NCBI GenBank assembly: GCA_964187785.1
Contig: OZ076409.1
Coordinates: 96,784,001 to 96,848,000, forward strand
Direction: 5' to 3'
DNA from: Amphiscolops sp. MND2022
Taxonomy: Eukaryota
Length of the DNA: 64,000 nt
Position 1 is the first letter of the stretch. The number at the start of each line of letters is the position of its first letter. The notes under the pieces were generated by a model. That model was not told the origin of the DNA. It saw only the letters and a program-made list of their open reading frames with translations, and made no database searches. Shown piece after piece: positions 23,043 to 35,750 of this stretch. The position numbers and the translations under genes are program-made.

Positions 23043-23581
23043 AAACAAGTCGGGAACGGCCCCAGTCGGCGCCATAGCTAAAGCTCAAAAATAGCAAAAG
23101 GACTTCAAAGTGTCAAGTATTGGCTTCTACAGTACCCACATTAGAAAAAAATTTGAAAAAAAATTCCGATTGTTTTTGAAATGTTTTTTGATTTTTTGGT
23201 CTCCGGTAAGTCGCATAGTTCCGAAAAATGTAGAAGATGGCCCTTTGGGAGTTTTTGAACATTCATTCTTTTGCAAAATAGAAAAAAAATGAAGGGGGGA
23301 CCCTTTGGAGACATTAAAAAAATTGCGAAAAAAAGTCTCACAAAACCTGAATAACCTGCACAAAAAAATGTTTGGTCAAGGGCAGGACTCGAACCCACTT
23401 CTTTCTGCTTGGCAGACCTCAAAAAAGCCTAATTAATCTCTATGCCAAGTGCCAGTAGAAGTAGTGTGGCAGTTGAAGCCAGCTTATAGTGCTTTTAAAA
23501 TCTGTCACTTCGTCGGTCTTAAAAGAAAAAGAAAAGTCACTGCTATAGTCTGCGTTTTCTACGAAAAGCGCTGACTAAAAA
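23043..23581 (-). mobile_element. HINE-like element
   Basis: Reverse-complement family termini: aacaagtcgggaacggccccagtcggcgcc ... agcgctgactaaaa. Confidence 0.7.
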
Positions 23582-24986
23582 TTTATTCAAGTCAAAGCAA
23601 ACACTGCATTCAGTGTTTTACCCTGTATTTCGTATATCGACCCTCTTTGCTTTTCAACCATTTCTTCACTGATCTATATCCGCTCTGCAACATTGCTTAT
23701 AGAGCAGCTCCAGGACATGCAATGCCAAAACGCGTAATCAATGCTACCCTGGGACATCAACCTTTATCGAGACTGCTGGACGTTTTACATGCTGCAGATC
23801 TGCATGCAGGGTAATTTTTTAATTAAAAAATCTAGAAAATTCAGACTGCGCGCAGGGAAATTTTTATAAAACTTCCCTGCATCTTGGAAAATTTTCAATG
23901 ATTTTCACTGCACCTGCAACCTTAGGTTACCTTGACGAAGTCGTCTTTGTATGTGGAGCTAAAAGCTCTCTGCATTTAGTAACAGTTCGTTTCTGAGAAA
24001 ACTCAAACAAAATTCAATGAAAAACCACCTACCCCCCCCCCATTCATGAAGCACCTTGATGGTAACCCGGTAGGAAAGATAACATGCAATAACGGAATTT
24101 GTGTGAAATCTCCACTGAAGTGTCAAATTTCTTTTTCAATAAAAAATATGGGATAAATAATGAAGTTCTGCATTGTAATTAACCATAAAGACATCAATTC
24201 CAAAAAAAAATCAAAGAAGCTGTTTTCAAGTTTTTCAACAAATTTTTCATGAATGAAGATTTGAAACTTCAGAGAGAAAAGTTTGAAATTTTGCCCCTGG
24301 GAGACGTCAATTAAGGACGCTAACGATGTTATCCTTGACATTAAAGATTGCATCTCTTTTTTTCTTCAATCTGAATTGATTAAAAAGCAGACATATTTCT
24401 GTTAAATGCAATTGAGCAGCCTATTCATTCAATCGAGACAGAACGTTATACCCGAGCGAAGGTTGAACTAATTTAAAAAAGATTTTTTACAATTTTCAAT
24501 CTTTAATTAATTCAAATTTCTCACTCTGTCTCCGAGTGAAGGTCCCTATGATGAACAGTGGGGCAAGGTTATATTGAAAAAAAAAACAAAAAATTTGTCT
24601 CAAGGGGGAAAGTGCCTGGAGCCACAATCATTCGATCTTTGAGCAATTAAAAGATGAAAAGCCAATCATTTCTCAAATGGTCTGACCTTGCTCTCCTACG
24701 TAATCTCAGGAGTGGCAAGATTTATGAGAAATCGAATGTCAAGGGTACGAAAGGTAGCGTTCAATTGCAGCGCATATTAATCACAATTCAGTTTGAATGT
24801 AAAGACTTGATGATAAAAAATGTTTTAAAAACATGATTGATATTTCCTTTCTGCGGCCTTTGTCTTCGGCCAAGCTCCGTGAATCCAATTTCAATTTTGA
24901 ACCAATCATGCTTATGGCCAACCTGCAAATATCAATTGAGCATTGAGGTTCAAGAAACCAGAGAAATTAGCAAACCATAGCATGCC

Positions 24987-25660
24987 TTTTTAGTCGGCGC
25001 TTCATGAAGTGAAACGCGACTATTATAGTGACTCTTTTTCTTTCAATCCACACTAACTGACCAAAATAGTTCTTAAAAGTTCTACAAAATATTATGGTGT
25101 CAAATTGCACCATTTGGCCTAGCAAACTGGACCAAAATGGTTTTACCTGTTTTTCCGCGTAACATACCATACCGGGCGAGACCAAAGAGTCCCCCCTTTC
25201 AATTTTTTTCGGCACTGCGAGACATTTTTTTCGGAATTTTTTTTCGGAATTTTTTTCCTCAAAGGGTCCCCCCTGCATTTTTTTGATGTTTTGCGACAGA
25301 ATGGATGTTGGAAAATCCCAAAGGGTTCCTCCTTTCAGTTTTTTTCGGCATTGTGAGATTTTTTCTCGAAAAAAAATTTCTTCAATTTTTTCATGTTTTG
25401 CGACAGAATGGATGTTGAAAAACCTCAAAGGGTCCCCCTTTCAGTTTTTCGGCATTGTGAGACTTTAGCGCGCCAGGGGCTCGCGCTAGCGGGCCCCGGC
25501 GCGCCACTCGGTCCATTTTTTTAGTATGTGATTTTTTCAAAAAAAAATTCGAAAAATTTTCGATTTTCGAGTACTGTAAAAGAATACTTGACACTTGGAA
25601 GTCTTTTTGCTATTTTTGAGCCTTGGATATGGCGCCGACTTGGGCCGGTCCCGGCTTGTT
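24987..25660 (+). mobile_element. HINE-like element
   Basis: ttttagtcggcgc ... gcgccgacttgggccggtcccggcttgtt; closely similar to 2559-3125. Confidence 0.75.
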
Positions 25661-26928
25661 ATTATGATTACTGGGTAGAGTTTCATAAACCTTTGAAAAA
25701 AATGTTGGTGTCTTTTTTACCTGATTAGCTGATACTATCGAGTGTAGAACAATTTTGGCTGCTTGAGGTGTATTGAAAAAGAAACTGACGAAAAGCCATG
25801 ACTATAATCGACTCTTTTCTAAAGAAAAGCGCCGACTAAAATTGATGTTCAAAATTTAGAGAACACTTTTCCAATGGATTTTTTGTTCCCCAATTGAGGC
25901 CCAACTTCCAATTTCTCCTAGCGACAGCATTTATGTTAGTGTATATAAACACTAACATTGAAATTTGACAGCCTTTTAATTTCGCGGAGTGTTTTTAGGG
26001 TTCTCTTTGTTAAAAAGCACTTTTAGATCACAAATAGCCTTTTGTAAAATAAAAAACTTCAATGTTACTTTGAAACATTTCGATTCCATCAATTTTTAAT
26101 AACACAAAAACCGGGGATCCAATCTTATTTTTTGCGTCACTTGCTTGTTTACTGTAAATTTCTTTCTTCCTGTTTTATTTTCATTTCCAAAATTATTGTT
26201 TCTTGCTCTTTTTGATTTTTCAATAGCTTAAAAGGCAGCCATTTTGTTTTGACATTGCTCTCGTTCGAAAAAAAATTGCCTGCTACTAAGAGATGTCAAT
26301 CTAGTAGATTGGATGAAAGAAAGCATCGGAAGTAATTGCTAAAGAAATGCTTTTAAGCATGTGAAATATCAATGCTGCTCAAAGCTAATGTTTCCGCTGA
26401 AAAATTGCAAAAAAGAAAAGTCATTCATGCATTTTACTATTTTCGATGTTTTTTTGGTATTTAAACAGGCAATTTTCTGTTTTTCATGTCCTGAATTTTC
26501 AAGAAGAAATCAGTTGGAACGTTTTCGGTTATAGCGTGTTCAGTTATAACATGTTCAGTTAGACCGTATTCGTTTATAACATGTTCAAATGAAAACATTT
26601 TTCAGCAGTGTTTTCTAAATCCAACATAAGCCCTAATATAAACGAAGTCCGGAACAAAACGCCCTAGGAAGAAACACCCCAGTGGAAAATGCTTGAAACG
26701 CCAACAAGATTTTACCATAATTTATTCACCACATTGCAATATGCCTCTAGTTGTGATAGACTGACACTTAGAGATTAACATCGGCGCAGGACAAAAACTT
26801 GTACGTGAGAACTTTATTAATTACTAACACCTGTCAACAACACTAGGTGTAAATACAGTCCATTTAGTCATTTGCTGTTGCCTTTACGTTGATATTGTTG
26901 TGAAAGCCTAATTGTTGTGAATGCTTTA

Positions 26929-27208
26929 ATCCCTGAAGTCTGAGCCCTAGCCCCTTCAGTGGAACAGTTGACACCTCAAATAGTTTAGAAGCCACTGCGC
27001 CAGCTGTGATTTCTCTAGATCCCTGAAGTCTGAGCCCTAGCCCCTTCAGTGGAACAGTTGACACCTCAAATAGTTTAGAAGCCACTGCGCCAGCTGTGAT
27101 TTCTCTAGATCCCTGAAGTCGAGCCCTAGCCCCTGAGGTGGATCGAAAAATCAAAGCTGAGGGAGAAACTGGCTGTATCCCTGAAGTCGAGCCTTAGCCC
27201 CTTCAGTG
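26929..27208 (+). repeat. 90-bp tandem monomers at the 5' end of the LINE
   Basis: atccctgaagtc units start at 26929, 27019, 27109 (partial) and 27177 (partial). Confidence 0.9.
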
Positions 27209-30200
27209 CGATCGTTGGTGGAGACCACCGCTTTTGCAACTTTTTTTCACTCGCGTTTTTCATAAAACCTCAAAATGCCTCCTAAAAACTTCCTAGAAAC
27301 AGCCTCTAGCAAAAAGAAATTTGATTCTTATAAACCAGGATCGCCAAAAAACTCAACATCAAAACTAACTTCAAACATACCCAACCCTGAAGGTAAATAT
27401 ATCGGACCAGCTGAACGAAATGGTCTTTTCGAAGAAAAGGAAGAAGAAGAACAGAGAAGACTGAAGATTGACAAGATGATCGAAGATACAAGGGAAGAAT
27501 TCCCACCGATAGAAGGTTCCAGCAAACAACAATCACCACAGCCTAAAAGCCAACAACAACATGAACTACAAAACGAACAACAACCAAAACAGCAGCAGCC
27601 TCAGCCCCAGCCCGACATTAGTAAAAGTCAAAACAGCTACAGTAATGTTGTCTGTAGTCGAAAAAACGTAGTAGTAAACAAAATATTCCGATTGAAAATT
27701 GTACCTCCAGTTCGCAAAGAAAATTTCGAAAACAAAAATACCCTCGAAACAGAGATATCAAAAGCCTATGCTGAAATCCTAAAACCATTCAAACCTCAAG
27801 TGCGATTGTACATTACAATTGCAAGAACAATTGAAGAAAAATGGGGGAAAAGACTTCACATTTTACATGTAAGAGCCCCTGAAGAAGTGGAAGAAGACAT
27901 CGAAAATATTAAAACTAAAGGTTTACAAATAATAGACAGAACAGTATTTCCAAATGGAGACGATTTTTACCAAGTTCGTAATAGTCAACTTCCTCGGAAA
28001 GTGTGGGTAAAGATAAACAGGTTGGCCTTTCTTTGCAGCAATGAAGTTTTACTCAGTCTACTAGACATTCCAGAAGGAGTTGAAATAAGTGAAAATGTAA
28101 CAAGAGAAATAATCCAAACTGAAAATGGCACCATTCACAACGGAAAGGCTAAACTGTCAGTTTTAGTCCAAGAGAGTGAAAAACTCAAAGAACTCTAACA
28201 GTGGTCGTTGGAGAAAAGTCACATTTGCGTCACAAAATGGTTCGAAATTCCGATTTATATGTCGACCCCAAGCCTGCACAAATGTGACGCTTGTGAAAAA
28301 GAAAAAAGGAAATCGTACATTGGCCACGACATAGCGTGGTGCAGGGTTTTAAGGAAAACTGAAAAAACTGAGGAAGCTACTGAAAGCTGCCAAGAAGAAA
28401 CGAAGGACGAGTCTCAAACTGAACAAGAAAATGAAGTATGGGCAGACGCACCAACAAAATCTTTTCCAAACCCAAGCAAAAAGAAGAAGAAAAGGTCTAA
28501 GTCGAAATCCAAAGAGATCACCAGCCCTGGATTGATACAGAATAGTAAATTTCAGCTTCTTTCAACATCAAGTGACCAACCTGAAGCAATTCTAAGCGCA
28601 ACACCAACAATACAAATCCAGCCAAAAAATCCAAAGAACCCGCAGCACCCGAAAACACGTAGTGAAACACGTAGTGATAAAAACATCGAAACAGAATTAC
28701 TTGACAAGAACCACTGTTCCCTAATAATTCGAGACAAAAAATCGGATTCAACAATTATAAACACTTATGTGAATCCAAAACAGTACAATTTTCAGCCTCT
28801 CAAAGATACTATTGAAAAACTAGAACTAACATCTGATCAAAACATTTATATGGGAGGTGATTTCAATGCCATCGATCCTTCAGATATCAATGAAGAAAAG
28901 AAAACGTTCAGTTTGATTGTTAAACCAAATGATATTCGACTATTGCGATCCAAAGAACTAATACAGTTGAACTCAAGTCTCCTTCTGACTGATCTTGCGC
29001 AACTTTTAAAGAGACGCCAACCAACGCATTTTGAAACACGGTCTGGAAAACAAAACCGCATCGATCAAATTTTTAGTAATAACCAAAACCTCACCATCGA
29101 AAAAAACGCGATCGAAACATTGCCTTTTGCTTTTTCGGACCACAAATGCCTCCACTGTTTTAGAAATAGCAACTTTTAGTATTCTCAAAAACTTTGGACG
29201 CTCGATAACATTATTTTTAACTATCCGGAGAAGGTGAAAGAAATACTAGAAACATCTAAAGTCTCATCCGAAAAATTTGGGAACATTGTGTCTTGTCATG
29301 ATATCTTTAGAGCGAAAACAAGAGATCAACTAAAATACCTTGCTGCTACAAGCAGGACGTTGCTAGTGAAACAAAGAGCAAAAATTCAGATGAATATTGT
29401 AAAACTTGAAGCAAATTGTTTTGAAGGAAATTGTTTTGACCAACAGATCGAGCAGAACTTAGAGAACCTAACATGCCTCAAAAACAATCTTCAATTGATC
29501 AAAAACGAAGAATAGGAAAGTTCATTTTGACAAATCAAAAATTTTTTCAGGGAAGCCAATGATGAAACGCAAAACATATCAAATGCTTAGCGAAAACCTC
29601 AAGCTTAGCTAAGGATATTTAAAAGATTGAGAAGCAAGCTGGATCATTCACAGAAGATCCTGACGAAATTTTGAATGAATTCAAATCTTTTTATGAGAAA
29701 CTTAGCCAACCAAAATGGAAACCAACAGAAACATCCTCGAAATCTCAGGATAAATTCATTGAAAAATTATTTAAACAAAAAAGGAAAAGCAATGAAAACA
29801 TTAAAAAATTGTTTAAAGAAACGTTAGAGGACCCGACAACGAAATCACAGTATATGAAGTTAAAAAGCTATCTCAAAATTAACTCAAACAGTGCTCCTGG
29901 ATCGGATGGCCTTACAAGTCAATTATACCAAAACCACAAAGAAATTTTTTGCCCCGTATCTTTCAAATCTACTTAATAAAATCAATGAAAATGGAGAAGT
30001 TCCGGACTCATTTAAACATGCAATCATCAAAGTATTTCTTAAGAAGAATAAATCACTGAAGGTATCCGAATTTCGCCCAATTAGTCTAATTCAATACGGA
30101 TCAAAAAATTCTCTCCCATGTTCAGAAAGACTTAAACCTAATTTATCAATACTAATTGGTAACCATCAAGACGCTCATTTACCAAATAGAAATATACACA

Positions 30201-31700
30201 TTGCCATACAAAAACTTCAGCTTTACGCCCATGAAACTACTCGAAGTCAATCACTCCTAGTATTGACTTCACTAAAGCCTTTGACTGTGTAGAGCGTAGC
30301 TTTTTACAAAAACTGATTGAAAAAAGTCCAATCGATAATTTTACTCGAGAAATGATTTTTCTTACGTACAAGGATACTTATGCTTTCATCGGAATGAAAA
30401 ATGGAATTTCCACAAAATTCAAAATAGATAGAGGGGTGAGACAAGGCTGTCCTCTCTCTCAGCATTGATCTTCAATCTTTGCCTCGAACCTCTTCTCCAA
30501 AGAATTCAAAAATCAAAAGACATAAAATCAAAACAACAAACAAAATGTATTGCCTACGCAGATGATATAACGATCAGCCTCTACAACAAATCTCTACGGA
30601 AACTATCGATTATACTGGATCATTTTCACGAAATAGCAGGCTTAGAAGTTAATTTAGCCAAAACTGAAATCATTTCGAAAGCGGACAAACTATTTGTATC
30701 GGAAAAACTAACAAGAGTTACCACAGCAAACATTCTTGGAGTTTACATTTCGCTAATTAAAACTCTCAAAAAAGAAACGCAACAACGAATGCTTTTAACT
30801 CAGCAGAAAAGTTCCTTTTAAAAAATAGTTCGTTCCGCGCGGGAGCTAGAAATATTGAGGCATTTATCTATTCGAAATTAATTCATCATCTGAGACACGA
30901 AAATTTGTATAAAAAGTTTCTTCGAAAAGTTCAATCGAAAATAATAGATGTTTTCTGGCTGTACAAAAAAAACAATGTAAAACAAAATTCTTGAGTTACC
31001 AATTGAAGAAGGCGGAATAAACCTCAAGAATTTTTCAAAATACTACCTAACTGCCAAGATTATGAACTTGATGTAACCCAAAGGAGAGAAAATACATTCA
31101 AGAATTAAAGAAATCAAATTTTTTTCAGAAATAAAAAACACTTCGAAAAAGAACACATTGAATTCCTGGAACTGAAACCAGAAGAATTTACAATCCAATA
31201 TCATTTCACTACGCTTAATATAACAAAAGAGACAACTTCGAAAGAAATATATACCTTTCTGAACAACTCCTCAATAAACGTCCCACCGTCTCTAAAAACT
31301 GAAGTCACAGCAACAAAACAAGATATAGCATCCGAAATTTTGAACTCAGTTACAAAGAATATCTGGAAAAACAAAAAACTCACTTTGTTTGATAAAAACT
31401 ATCTTTACTGCTTCCTAATGAACTCGTACCTAGATAAACAAGACAAGTGGCTTAAAAATCTTGTACTCCAGCCATTATGTTTCGCACATAAAGAAGAATT
31501 TGAAACATGGGATCATTTAATGTTTTCTTGTAAAAACTAAAAACGTTAACATTGAAGTTGAACGTTTTTTCATGGAAGGAAATATGGCTTGATCGAAATT
31601 GTCTCTCTCAAAAACTACTTGTAGCAATAATGCTCTCGTCGTGGACGGAATCAATTGGAGACTACTTAAAATATTTTCTGGAACGAATAAAGGTAATACT
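26929..31700 (+). mobile_element. Decayed non-LTR retrotransposon, L1/Tx1-like (ORF1, partial APE endonuclease, RT, C-terminal zinc finger)
   Basis: ORF1 from 27275 with stop at 28196-28198; GGDFN, RIDQIF, SDH; APGSDG, FRPISL, GVRQGCPLS, AYADD; ETWDHLMFSC; many frameshifts; 3' end approximate. Confidence 0.85.
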
Positions 31701-32602
31701 AAAACCTGTTGCAAATATACCTGATAACTGATGATGTGATGCAATTCTAAGTTAACAAATTCCATATTGACTTTTTGTTTAAAAAAGGGTTGATATTATT
31801 CATGATTAATTGAATTTTTGAAAGCTTTTACGTTGAAATGCATGTATAGCAGACCTTGGTAAATAATAACTGCAATAATAGTCATACTGACAAATAAGTT
31901 ATTTTTACGGTGTTTGGCTCTAAATAAATATTTGCAATTATTGCAAAAGGTATTCAATAGCCACTTATTGTTTTGAAGACTGAATTCAACTTCAATTTGA
32001 AATAAACTTGAAGCAACAGCTTCACGTGACAAATTTTTATCAACAGTTTCTGGGTTTCGAAAATTTCGATTGAATTCTCAATCAAATTTTGTTCCAAATT
32101 CAGTGGAGTAAGAATATTTTGATGCTAATCAGTTAATTGATGCCAACAATAAACAAAAAATTAACAAATATGTAATGGTATTGCGAATGGACGCCAATAA
32201 GCTATATCAATTCAATAATTATTGCAGTTACTTTTCACTCAATTATTTATCACCAAGGTCTGATGTATAGTTGCAATTTATTCTCAAGTAAGCCTTCAAG
32301 GCTAGTGGCCTAAATGCAGAAGCGAAGCGGAGCGACATGCCAATACTCGGCCAGCGGCTGGTTTCCACGAAGGCAGACCTGGAGGGGCGCGAATCTCTCC
32401 GTAAGATCACACAAATAATAAAAAGATGACTGACATGAAGATAAATTCTTCGACCAAAATCATATAAAGGCTCTTCTCCCTGGGGCGTTTTCTCCGTAGG
32501 CATTTATCCTTGGAGGTTATTTTCTATAACGAAACAAAGTCATCGAAAAACGTTAGCAAAGTAGTCAAATTGCAGGTCGATGTCAAGAAGGAGTGATCGA
32601 CG

Positions 32603-33335
32603 TGTCACAACCCGCTTCCGGTCGTCAATTTTTCTGCTGTTGTGGAATCCCGAAGTTCACAAGAGGATTTGGTCATGGCTATGGCAAGTATTGACATTTA
32701 TTCTAATTCTACTTACAGTACAGCTAAGCAATTTGTAGATAATTTTTCCAAATAACAATACTTACAGAAGCGTCACGGAATATTTTTGGAGGTGACTTGA
32801 TCTAACTAAAACATCCGATCTAGCATTTTATGCGTGATAATTTTGACTTACCGTTTATCTTCTGAGAATCTAACTAGCAAATTAGAACCCAAAAGCCGCA
32901 ACAGAAAATTAGTTCTTTCTTTCCACCCTGACGGGAAACATTAAGGAGAGTATACAACTCCGCGATCCCAACGGAGTTCATACAATCTAAAAGAAAACGG
33001 ATATACAAATAATATAGTGGATTTGTTCCCAATACTAAAATAGTTGTCGAAACCCACTTAAATTACAGCCAAGCAATTTAGGCGAGAAGTTATAAAGTTA
33101 TGACGGCGTCACTCAAATAGGCTAGTAACTGGTGTTTCTATTTTTACAGACCAATAGCGCCGTTCCTCGGTTGAGTTATTTGCGCTCAGTCCAATAAGAA
33201 TGATTTTCTTGTGACATCATTAGCTGAGAAAATGAGAATGGACGCCCACGCTTTCCGGATTCTTTCCGTTGGCTGCTGTTCAGCTATACCTAATCTTAAT
33301 ACGTATGGAGACGCAACGGGGCCAATTGTAAAACT
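32603..33335 (+). repeat. Diverged partial LTR of a related Gypsy family
   Basis: Starts TGTCACAACCCGCTTCCGGTCG; shares aactccgcgatcccaacggag, gaccaatagc and agctatacctaatcttaatacgta with 5091-5840. Confidence 0.85.
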
Positions 33336-34481
33336 GTAGCTAAGGAATGGAATTTCAAGCTAGTTTCAAATGGGATTTCATCGAGCAATGATGGATTAAA
33401 AGATCTTACTAATAAAATTTACTATGTCTAAAGCTGTACTGTAAGGAAGGATTATGAAAATAGGTTTGTAACTCTAATGAATTGGATTCATGTCACAAAA
33501 TCACGTCGACGTTACGTTGAACATATCATTTTCTTTGCGAATGGACTTGGTTGACTCACCATTCCATTTTGTTACACCCAATTATTAGGTCTAACGTTTA
33601 ACATTACAGTGCATTGACAAGGTTTTTCTGGCGATGTTGCGGAAACCACGACACTGTTTTGCGGAATCCAAGACACGCTTACGGAATTCCAATCTCTTCG
33701 ATGTTTGCAGAATCTAAGAAAAGCCCTTCCTTTGATGTTGCGGAAAGTAAGAAAATCTTACTTTCCGCAAATTCATGTCTCGGATTCCACAGAAAGATTT
33801 AATGAGACACTTAACCGTCTTGCATGCAATTACCTATCTTAGATTCCGCAAATTGAAATCGCTCTTCAATTCCTAACCTCTTGGATTCCGCAAAAAATGT
33901 CTAGTCTCAAATTGCTAGACTCCCAGATTTTTAGATCTAATTAAAAGACCTATGAATGGTACTAAATGTGAATTTTAATGTGAATTATGTTTGTATTGAA
34001 ATTTTTTTTTGAAGAAGTTTTGAACTGATGGAAACCCGTGATTGGAACCAAATGGTTTTATATGGTACATAAATGGTTTTATGGTACATAAACTTTATGA
34101 AATGTTTTTTAATGTTTTGTAGATAGTATTTCTCTGTAGATTTCCACATAAATTAATCATTATTGAATTAAATTGGAGTTGAATTATATTCTTTTGTCAC
34201 AAGACATTGTGCGCACAGAATTGAAGAAAGTCCTACTTATCTTTATCGACACTGGATTAAGATTCTAATCAAAGAACCTTTATTTTAAATTTTATTCAAC
34301 TCAAAATTGGTACCAAAAATTTTATTTTCCATTCTGAAATGATTCACAAATTCCTTGATTCGGCACCAAATGAAAATAGAAAACATCAGTACAAAAATGT
34401 AAAAAAATTGTATATGAACATGATATTGCTAAGTGTTGGAAAGTCTTTTAAACAAAAGGTCAATGAAAGAGATGGAAAATT

Positions 34482-34745
34482 TCATTCCGGAAAGTATTCT
34501 TGGCTATATACTTCTTCGTCGTTGCAAGCTTGGTTCTCGCTGAACTCAGAGCGGGCAACCGGATCTTCGTAATCAAACATTAAATGCTCGAAGGGTTTGA
34601 TTGGTTTGATGGCCCGGAGAACAACGACGCGTTGGTTTGGCTCTGCAAAAAGTTGAATGTCTGTGGACTTCATGTTCGCTTCAGCAACAGAGTGATTGGC
34701 CAGTCGACCCATGCATCTGTTCTCTGGGTGAACGGGATACACACC
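34482..34745 (-). pseudogene. SET-domain C-terminal fragment
   Basis: GRLANHS...VVLRAIKPIKPFEHLMFDY matches the SET signatures RxxNHS and ExLxxDY; no intact N-terminal half found. Confidence 0.65.
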
Positions 34746-35750
34746 CTTTTCAAGTTGAACAAAATTCTCGGGAAAGTTTTTTTTAGCCTACAATACTTTG
34801 ATTTGTGACAGATTTTGGGACATTCATTTTCGAATATCACCAGTTTAAGCAATGGAGTATTTTAGAACGCTACTGTAGTCTCTTTCAATTTTATTTAAAC
34901 TTATCTAGCTCCGGTGTCTCTACAAATGCTGGACCACAGACCAGTTGTCAAAAAAATTAAACAAAAAATTGGGGAAAATGTTGAGACTTTTGTCTCTGAC
35001 TGTCATTATTTCATTATTGAATCCGGAGGGATTCGTTACTTACCTCTGTCACTAAGTAAAACTACTGGAACTTTTTCATACTGCAGACCTGCATGTACGT
35101 TTTTTTAAAATACCCTAGAGAGTTCAGTTCGCTTCCGGTGATAAATCGCGCTTTTTTAGACTGCCCTTTTTCAAACTTGTTAGAAATCAGATAGGAACAA
35201 AAAAGTTTTTTATATAATTCATAAATTATAAGCATGGATGTATTTTACAATCTATCGTGCAATATGTAGCCATTTGCATCAGTCAATCAATCTCATTCAT
35301 GTCCGACTGTGTAGTTAGCCAACCCGATCAAATATGATTCTCTGATCAATGAATATTCTTTACAACAACCCATGTTGAGCTTTCCTTGAGAACCTGTAGA
35401 GATCTGTGAGCCAATTTTCCTTGAGGATCTGTAAAGATCGTGCCACTGCTACATAAGGACAACTGCAGATCTGCAAGGATCTTTACAGATGTTCAAAGAT
35501 TTTCTGTACAGATTTTTCAGGAATTTTTTTCCGGACCTTCTAGAAAAACTTCATTTTTGGTCTTATTCAACAATTTGCTTATTCAAAATTTTTAGTTAGA
35601 AATTAACAGAAAAGACCCTCTTTTCAAATTTTCAAATTATAAACTTTGTTTTGGGGCTAATTTCGCTAATCTGAATTTTTTGAGGCCAATTGCACAGTCG
35701 GCCAATTGCACAGTCGGCCAATGGCACCGTCGGCCAAATGACCTAGCACC

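Noticed and set aside
26929..27208. CRISPR-like array or hammerhead ribozyme
   Set aside because: Units are identical with no unique spacers; no complete CTGANGA/GAAA core seen; eukaryotic context
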